DNA of 63,062 nucleotides, counting the filler, from Lenisia limosa (Eukaryota; Protista; Breviatea): assembly GCA_001655205.1 (NCBI GenBank). It is 14 parts of 14 records of this genome, joined end to end, with 100 filler letters (N's around TTAATTAATTAA, not from the genome) between each part and the next. Parts side by side here need not be neighbours in the genome. Positions count along the whole stretch, not along the records: positions 54,838 to 57,079 come from LPNZ01005967.1; positions 57,180 to 59,240 come from LPNZ01005867.1; positions 59,341 to 63,062 come from LPNZ01006481.1; 11 more parts are not named here. One strand, 5' to 3'. The position numbers and the translations under genes were made by a program. Each line of letters starts with the position of its first letter. The stretch's first letter is position 1. The notes below the pieces were generated by a model that was given only the letters and a program-made list of their open reading frames with translations, searched no databases and was not told the origin of the DNA. Positions 54,953-63,062 of the stretch are shown here, piece by piece.

Positions 54953-57044
54953 AGTCCTTCACACTTGAAACCAGACACTTCTACCATGTGCTCGACGTTG
55001 GCTGTAATGGTACCCGGGGATTTTGGGGGTGTATGATGAAGACTTCCCTATGGTCCGATAAAGACCGGTCAAATAATAATATTTATCGAGGATTTATCGA
55101 GAAATNNNNNNNNNNNNNNNNNNNNNNNNNNNNNNNNNNNNNNNNNNNNNNNNNNNNNNNNNNNNNNNNNNNNNNNNNNNNNNNNNNNNNNNNNNNNNNN
55201 NNNNNNNNNNNNNNNNNNNNNNNNNNNNNNNNNNNNNNNNNNNNNNNNNNNNNNNNNNNGAAAATAAAGTGTCTGAAATTACGTCTGCTTAATATGCAGT
55301 ACCAATGTACCCGTGCCCCCAACATCCTTGCCTAATTCCCCCTTTAGAACACGGTACTTTTGACTCCGGGTTCATCGGCGGTCTATGTCGATGCAGCAAG
55401 GGATACACTTCCTCCTCCTGTGTCTCCTGTGCTATGGGCTATCACGCTGCTAAGTAGGGGGAATTGGATATACCTTTTATATATTTCTCATTGCTATACC
55501 GTGACCGGGATAAGCCTAGCAAATCTGTCAAGACTTACCCCAGGCACTCTATACATTTCTCATCGCATAGTATCATAGTATTATCCCGGTCACTGTAAAT
55601 GTACATAGTATAAATACCCAGTCTAACCATTTAGCCCGAAGGCCTTCGGAAGCAACTTGGCATGCATTAAGGATGGTTCTAAGGTTGGGTATATAATGCC
55701 AAATTTTCTACAATCATAGCTATCATAATATATATTTTATTACATTGAGGATTCCCTTCGGTTCGAATAATATCGGTAAAATATCGAGGATTTATCGAGA
55801 AATTCAGTGTTTTTTCGAACCCAAGTGAAACCCTATCATATAAAATATGATGATTGAATCGCACCTCGCCATTCCCCGTTCTTACACTCGAAAGGTGTGT
55901 GACGCTTCAATGTGCGGACAAGACGCAGGGCATGGAACCTGTTCAGTGGACAAAAATGGCGCACCTGTCTGCAAATGCGCTAAAGGATACACTTCTGATG
56001 ATGTGGGGTGCGGGAATTAATAATAATGATTGTGATGATGATGCTGATGTTGTTGTTGCTGTTGCTGATGATGTTATTGTTAATGATGGCGATGATGATG
56101 TTGTTGTTGTTGTTGTTGCTGTTGTTGTTGTTGATGATGATGATATTGTTGCTGATGATGATGTGTTGTTGTTGCTGTTGTTAATGATGGTGGTGGTGAT
56201 GATGATAATAATAGTAATAATGCCAACCATCCATACCACTTCATCCGTACCACAAACGCCTGACCCGCCCTAGTGTGACGAATGCACTGCAGCGTACTAC
56301 GAAAAAGCCGGTAACTGTGTGCCTAAAAAGCAGTGTGGAGATTGCAACCTTGGCTCATGTGACTACACTGAGGGCACTTGTGTTTGGTGGGGGAGGGGTA
56401 ATTATACAAAATTTAAGACAAAAAAAGCCGAAATTTCAGATTTTAGGGGGGCAACAAAACAGCCCACTACCAGTACTCTTCGTATAACCCCCTCATAACA
56501 TAGACATTTATATACATATTTTATATTACCTTCACCCCCTTGTACCCCAATCTATTTGCCTTGGGAAATCACATTAGCAAATCGGTCAAGACTTATCCTG
56601 GTCAATGTAGATTCTTTTATCATTTATTTGTCATATTATACCCCCATCTGACCCCCCAGCCCAGTCAACGCTGCCGGAGACTTCTGTCAGGAATGTGCCC
56701 CCGGGTTCTCCGGGGACAAATGCGAGGACTACGACTCTGCTGCCGCTGCGACCGTAACTTCTTCTGGCAGCATTGTGGGAAGGGAGTGAAAAGAGGCCCC
56801 AATTTATATACCTTATTTAATATTCAGTTCTCTCACAGTTCCCCTCTATGTATCCCCCTAAATTTATGAAGCAAAAAAGCCTAAAATCAACTCTGTTGGC
56901 TAACAATACACGAGGGTTGATAACAACAAAACAAACAGGGCCCCCCCGCCACTCCATATCCTGACAGTTTAGTTCATCACGGCACTTGGCATTGGTCTGG
57001 GCATTTCAATGGTTGCCGGCTGCATTTTCGTGGCGCATAAAAAG
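54953..57044 (+). CDS. EGF/laminin-EGF-like repeat type I membrane protein, partial
   Basis: Cys-rich exons GLCRCSKGYTSSSCVSCAMGYH; CDASMCGQDAGHGTCSVDKNGAPVCKCAKGYT; CDECTAAYY...CGDCNLGSCDYTEGTC; FCQECAPGFSGDKCE; then a TM helix FITALGIGLGISMVAGCIFVA-HKK. Confidence 0.85.
55499..55595. mobile_element. MITE family B (CAGTGACCGGGATAAG TIR, TA flanks), Tc1/mariner-like, representative copy
   Basis: TA-flanked on both sides here and at 29639-29687. Other copies at ~22252, 22327, 24466, 29555, 33926-33999, 36809-36880, 38787, 56560. Confidence 0.85.
56020..56215. repeat. Compound (GAT)n/(GTT)n microsatellite in an intron of the EGF gene
   Basis: Directly visible trinucleotide runs. Confidence 0.9.
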
Positions 57045-57184
57045 GTAAAAAGGGGGGGCTTGGTTAGTCTTTTTCCAACNNNNNNNNNNNNNNNNNNNNN
57101 NNNNNNNNNNNNNNNNNNNNNNNTTAATTAATTAANNNNNNNNNNNNNNNNNNNNNNNNNNNNNNNNNNNNNNNNNNNNGGCCA

Positions 57185-58995
57185 GCGGAGGAAATCAGAA
57201 CTGGGGGAAGGGGTGAAACTGGAACATTTGTGGCTGACAACACATGAAACCAAGACTGTTTAAAAAAAACCCACCTGGCTGCGGTTTTTTGGTGAGGAAG
57301 ATTTCAGCTGCCTTCTCGGAGAGGCGAGGGGTGCGGGTGGACTAAATCAGTGTAAATAAACATGCTTGAAGGAAAGAGTGTTAATTATGCCCACAAAAAG
57401 AAGGGCTTTACGTAATACCTACACAAGCTACTAAACCAATTTATATCATCTATATCGATATGATGTATGTATATAATGTGATTGATTAAATATATACAAG
57501 AAGAGAGTTAGACAAGCATAAAGCTTCTTACAAGAAGAGAGTTATACAAGCATAGAGCTTCTTACAAGAAGAAGAGCATTACCAAAAGCTTACAAGGAAA
57601 CGCGTGTTGGCTATATTAACTACACAAACTAACTAAACCAATTTATATGATATATTCATATCATAGTATAATATATATGATACAATATTATATTATTTGT
57701 TAAAAAAGCTTCTACAAGAGGAAAAGCTTACAAGGAGAAGGGTGTTAGCAAGACGGGACAGATCGCGAAGATCGTAGTTCTTGTCGTAACGTGCCTGAGT
57801 GGTGAAATGAAGGTCATGGGGGGTGAAAAGTAAAACTCAATAAATATAGAAATTTTACCGGTATTTTTTCGAACCGTAGTGAAGCTCCCACCTTTTTCTC
57901 AATATACTGGAAGAGAAGGTCGATAGTCTCATTCTCAGGGTTGGCGAGCTTCAGCTTGATAGCCATGTCCATGATCTCGATTTTGACTTCTGTCGGTTCG
58001 ATATTGAAACCTGGGTGGGGGGGGGGGGGNNNNNNNNNNNNNNNNNNNNNNNNNNNNNNNNNNNNNNNNNNNNNNNNNNNNNNNNNNNNNNNNNNNNNNN
58101 NNNNNNNNNNNNNNNNNNNNNNNNNNNNNNNNNNNNNNNNNNNNNNNNNNNNNNNNNNNNNNNNNNNNNNNNNNNNNNNNNNNNNNNNNNNNNNNNNNNN
58201 NNNNNNNNNNNNNNNNAAATGTTGAAACCTGGGGGAGTGGGAGTGATGTGGGTGGGGGGTTACATTTATAAATATTTATATATGTATGCTGCTTGTTATT
58301 TTTCTTTAAATTGGAGTTTGTTTTCATGTTATCTTTAATGATTCAGTAGGTATGTTATCTTTAATGGTGAGACGCTACATCCTAAAGCGGAAAACTATCA
58401 TTATTATCCCGTATTTTTCGAACCGAAGTGAAGCCCTAGTTAGGGGGGTGAGAGTCCAAAAGATCGCCCCCCTCCCCTCCTTAACATCCTTAATAACATC
58501 CATGAAAACATTATAAACATCATTAACATCCTTCTATATATCCATCCATATAAACATTCGTTGAGGACATTAACACTCTTAACCCCCTCTAGCGTCTGTA
58601 TAAAACCCCCCCTCCTACTCTTTGCAGCTTTGCGCAGCACGTCTGGGGCATACTCCTTGACCTGCTGGTTGTACTCGCCAATCATCCAGAAGATCGCGGC
58701 CCTGGCCTTGGGGACCGCTATTGTGTCGGCAAGACGGCAGAAGGTCTGGAGCATTTCCGACCTGAAAAGGTGAGAAAGAAAGAAAAGAAAAGGGGGTTAT
58801 TTCCACCAAAAAACGGCAAGATTTGATCAAACACAATGGGGTAAGGGAAAAAACGAAGAGTTTCAGAGGGGGAGTGGGTGGTAAAATTGGAAAATTGCCC
58901 CCCCAACAAACATATCATAAAAGCAATACTCCCTCCAGCAAACCTGTCATCCGGGTAGAGCTGCAGAATGGTCTTGATAGAGACAACAGTTTCAG
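57185..58995 (-). CDS. AP3B: AP-3 complex beta subunit, internal exons, partial
   Basis: AETVVSIKTILQL|...LADTIAVPKARAAIFWMIGEY...YAPDVLRKAAK|SFNIEPTEVKIEIMDMAIKL|...ARYDKNYDLRD...|...LSEKAAEIFLTKKPQP matches the beta-3 adaptin series ARASILWLIGE..APDVLRK.AKSF, YDxNYDIRD, KIFLxxKP. Confidence 0.9.
57495..57600. repeat. ~35-bp minisatellite in an AP3B intron
   Basis: tacaagaagagagtta(g/t)acaagcata(a/g)agcttct x2 plus decaying copies up to ~57735. Confidence 0.75.
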
Positions 58996-60004
58996 CTGAA
59001 GAGTGAGTAAAACAGGGGTGGTGAAACAAAAGGCATAAAATTGGCAATTCACGAAACTAATAAACAGCCTTCCATTTCTGTTCTAAAAAACTGAATTCTC
59101 GAAAAATTCTCGTAGATATCGATAAATCTATAAGCCCTTGACGAATATGATAAATTTAGGATACATATTGATTCGTCTTTTGGACCCGAAAGTCAAGTTC
59201 TTCTAAAAAAAGTAACATTTGTTACCCCCCCCCCCCTCATNNNNNNNNNNNNNNNNNNNNNNNNNNNNNNNNNNNNNNNNNNNNTTAATTAATTAANNNN
59301 NNNNNNNNNNNNNNNNNNNNNNNNNNNNNNNNNNNNNNNNTTTATGCATGTCCACGGTTTCCGCTATATATATAGGTGAAGGTACATAATTGTGTCCAGT
59401 CACATTACTGTGTCCACTTTTAAAATTGTCCGTATTTTTGACTGGGCGCAATAATTTGGTTTCTTTTTCACCAAAATCTACCCCTTAACACACCCTTTTT
59501 AAAAAAGATTTCGAGTATTTTAACTATAAACTGTCCTTTTCAAAATTTGTTTATTTATGTGCAAGTTTAACGACTGCTTTCAGGATTGAGGTGGGGGAAG
59601 AAAAAACGTGACTTCTTTTAAAGGGCTTCTATCTTACTACTTCACTATAATATTTCAAGTAACTATGATTTAGGAATAAACTTGAGTGTAACGAACACTT
59701 TTTTGCTGAATTTTTTTTTTGGTTCAGTGATCGATGATCACCCCCTCAAAAATTCTGATCGCTATTTTTGAGGCCATTCCACTTCTTTCTTCTGTTTCCG
59801 ATAAAATTAATATAAAATCATCAAAACTAATGTTTTGGTCAAGAATATAACACTTTTCAATGTTGCATCTCAATTTGTAAAAAAACCTTCCAACAAGATC
59901 TTGTGCTGATCTGTCTCAAAAATTGAATTTCTATAACAGCATTACTGAGACATTTTTTTAACTTGTTTTTATAATTTTATTGTATGTATGTAGTTTTTGG
60001 TTTA

Positions 60005-60109
60005 AATTTTGTTGAAGTAGCCGGGCTACCGCGTAGAATTCCAGTAAATTATCTGTATTTCCGTAAATTATTATTTTCTCCACTTTAACCCGGCTATTTC
60101 AACAAAATT
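60005..60109. repeat. Inverted repeat, 21-bp arms
   Basis: aattttgttgaagtagccggg ... cccggctatttcaacaaaatt (20/21 complementary). Confidence 0.8.
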
Positions 60110-60778
60110 AAAAGTAAACGTCACGACCACCTAACAAAGAAATATTGAAAAGGGTGCCACAAAGGACCATAAAATGATTTGATTCCGACCATCAGGCATA
60201 AATTGTTTATATATTTGATAGAAAGAGGAAAACAATTAGAAAAAAGAAAGATTCTTCATATTTCTTCAAAATTTCAAAAAAAATTTACAAGATCATCAAA
60301 AACTGAACACCTTTTTGAATATATTTTTCCGAGTTTTTGACTTCTGGCCTGTATAACTGTTTTATTTATTTCATAACCTTACCAATTTGGAGAGAAATAA
60401 AGAGAAGGTGCATTGGCACTCGATTTTCCCATTTTCTGTGGTACTTATACAATTTCCCCCTCAAAAAAAAAAACTCGCCAATTTCTACTCTATCGTTACA
60501 TCTTTGTTTTAGTTTTGTATACATTGTTATAAGAAGGTTATCTAAGACGGAAATTACAGGAAAGGAGGGCATTGTGGAGCAAGACCCTTTTCACCGCTTT
60601 TCCGTTAGCTGTAAGTTGGATGGAAGTGTCCGCTTTGATCCTTCTTCCCTCCTCAAGAATATAATTTGGATATATCTACAAGCCTAAAAGAGCTTTTCAG
60701 CTGTCTCGGCTTGTAACTTAAGTTCACTTTTTTTGAGTCAACTTTTGCTATTCTCATTTTTGACGTTTTAGGGGCGTA

Positions 60779-62076
60779 ATGGGAAGGAAATCCGTTCCAA
60801 TGTTCTTCGAAGAAAAGCTTGATGGGCTGACAGTCAAGAATATTTGGACAACAGGAGACTTACAACAAATAGACAAGAACAGAATCCTCCAAGAAATTGT
60901 TGAACACTATGTCAACCTTCCAATTGACTCACACTTCTCCCGTAGATCCTTCACTCTGTACCCAATGCCAAGTGATTATGCAATCAAGGTACCTGAAACA
61001 AGGATTAGAGAAACTACTGAGCTCTTAAAGAAGAGGCGTTTGATTGACCAAAGTGACGACAACATTACCTTTCATGGAAGACAAACAGGAAGACCACCGA
61101 TTCAAGAAGACTTTAACACAAGGAAGAGAGTCAATTCGCGTCTTAGAGCTGTAAGAGAGGTTTCCTGACATTTAATTATCAGTACCACTGACTTTGTTTA
61201 CATTTTTAGATGGGAGTGGTTGTCAATGCGCAAACCATCAAAAGGAAAATACAGCAAAATGATCCCAAGCAGCGGGGTTCTATCACTCAGGCAAGACGAT
61301 TGATTGCTCAAGAAAAACCACTGACTTCTCTTGATGACAATCGACAGAGGGCTACACAGGTTGGGGTGATGGTGGGGTGATGTTTGTGTTGTTTTTAGAT
61401 TTTCAAAAGTCAACATAAATATAATTCAATCGTATCTCTTTTATTGTTTTAAGTGACATACTTAGCCAGAAAATGTACTCCAAATGGCACGCCTCTTCAA
61501 TGGTGCAAAAAGGATTTGGGCACACTGTCGAAACGTATCTAAGATGTCAAAGTCGAAGAATATGGATGTGATTGATAAGGCTGGAGTGAAGGCCTTCCAT
61601 GTCTTTCTTACAATTGAGTATCTTATTTCTCGAATAGTTGAAGCTTCCAGATACACCATGGACAAGGAGTTTGAAAAGGGTATGCTGCGATTTGTTACCT
61701 TTTTTGGCAACAACACTTCTGAAAACATAGTTACTTTATACTAACTTTAGCAACATCCGATTCTTATGTAGCAGGACCGGTAGCGACACCGAAGAAACAG
61801 GCTCAATTGGCTCAACGTGAGAAGAAACCTGGTAATTGTGAAGTAAACAAAACACCAAAGTGGCTGAATTAAGGGAAATTCAATATAGTATAACATAAAC
61901 ACTATTGTTTTGCTATGAGTGAACGATGCACAATTAATAATTAATGCGATCAATAAACCAGTCATACAGGTTCAGAAAAGGCGACTATGTTGGCGAGGTG
62001 GGGGATGACTTTCACTGTCTTAATGGACGCAATCAGGTCGAACATTAGAGCAGGAGTACCGGCATCAGGATGCTAA
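60779..62076 (+). CDS. 5-exon hypothetical protein (possible DNA-binding segment)
   Basis: In-phase chain MGRKSVP...GRPPIQEDF...RAVRE|MGVVVNAQTIKRKIQQ...RATQ|PENVLQMARLF...EFEK|AGPVATP...KKP|GSEKATM...GC*. Confidence 0.55.
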
Positions 62077-62127
62077 AAAATCATTTCATGATTGTGATTC
62101 CCAAAGCTTGATAAACAAAGAACAAAT

Positions 62128-63062
62128 TCAAAAATCATTAAGTTCATTTTCATGATGGCGAACAACACCGCCTACGTTGATGTATTTTGTAAAAACCGTT
62201 TCGGCGGAAGAGAGACGCTCCGCATGTGACAATCCTCGCTTATCGTGGCTTTGTATAAGGTTGGTGACCGCGTGGCGAATTCTGCTCGCGTCAAGCTCCT
62301 AAGCCTTGGGTACCGACTGGAGGTCACTCCGGAAGTTAGCTGTTGTCAGTGGGGTCTTTCCAGCATTCGCAACTGCCTTCCACGCAGGAAAAAAGAAGTT
62401 GACCTCTTCCCTCGAAACCAAAAAACGACATCTCTTAAATAAGTGGATTACGTCTTGATTTGTTGACTTGAATAAAAGAAGACACAAGAACGGACAGTTG
62501 AAACACCTCCTTTGGTATTTCAAAACTCGTTTTTGCCGAAGGGTACGACGGCACCGTTTTACAATCCGAGAAGGATTTCTTGAGGTCCACAATCAAAGTT
62601 ATCAGAAGGTCAATCTCATTTTGGGTGATAAGGCCATACTTGATCGATAACATTGCCCAATCATTGAATAGACGCGACACTTTGTCAGTCATGAATTCTT
62701 TACACCATACCACTCTAAGAGCTTCTATTGAGTCCGATGAGTTGCAAATATGATCACTCTCTCGGAGGGCACTCACAATGTCTTCTTTAATAGGAGGTGA
62801 TAGCTCGATGGCTTGTTTTGCCACTTCCGCAAGAGAGAGCAATTTTCCGTCAGGTCCCTTTACCTGTGTATGCCTCAGGGCGCCATCATCTGTACGAATA
62901 CAAAATATGGTGACATTTGGAGCATTGACGACGACAGGGGATAGTACGGGCTGGGCGTTTGAATCAAACTTGTGGCCTGTCACAGTTGGAGGGTAAAAAA
63001 TAGGAAGGTTTGAAAGATTCGTCTGAATACACTTCATGACAGCGGCTTCTACTGTTTCTTTC
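62128..63062 (-). pseudogene. Probable degraded tyrosine recombinase-like ORF (5' end beyond window)
   Basis: An intronless frame is open from the window edge to 62435, then continues after a frameshift with FFFP...GKTPLTTANFRSDL...KA*ELDASRIRHAVTNLI...GLSHAE...TVFTKY. The order KT / LFP / xxRH / LxH / Y resembles the YR catalytic domain. One in-frame TAG. Confidence 0.45.

Noticed and set aside
55854-56273. 139-aa and 98-aa ORFs rich in D/V or T/S
   Set aside because: Translations of an intronic (GAT)/(GTT) microsatellite; the true exons are in the Cys-rich frame.

Overview
Draft-assembly window from an intron-rich, probably non-metazoan eukaryote (inferred from a spliced hybrid histidine kinase alongside ATG18, DDX41, Furry and AP-3 beta genes). 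It is not one continuous locus. Thirteen synthetic 100-nt spacers (N44-TTAATTAATTAA-N44) join 14 separate pieces, and many further N gaps sit at poly-G/poly-C runs. Most ORF-track entries are artefacts. The real genes are chains of 50-150 nt exons that I reconstructed by hand from GT..AG boundaries and reading phase. Recognisable genes: a membrane class III nucleotidyl cyclase-like gene, a 4-exon prokaryote-type DsrE-like gene, tRNA-Lys(CTT), ATG18/WIPI, Furry/Tao3, DDX41, a hybrid histidine kinase, a very large gene with repeated bacterial-type Ig-like units, an EGF-repeat membrane protein and AP-3 beta. There are also degraded YqaJ-exonuclease and probable tyrosine-recombinase relics. Introns carry at least six families of short repeats/MITEs. 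The most unusual signals are (i) G-tracts after donors paired with C-tracts before acceptors, and (ii) a repeat family that is always in the same orientation relative to the host transcript and ends a few bases before the 3' splice site of unrelated genes.
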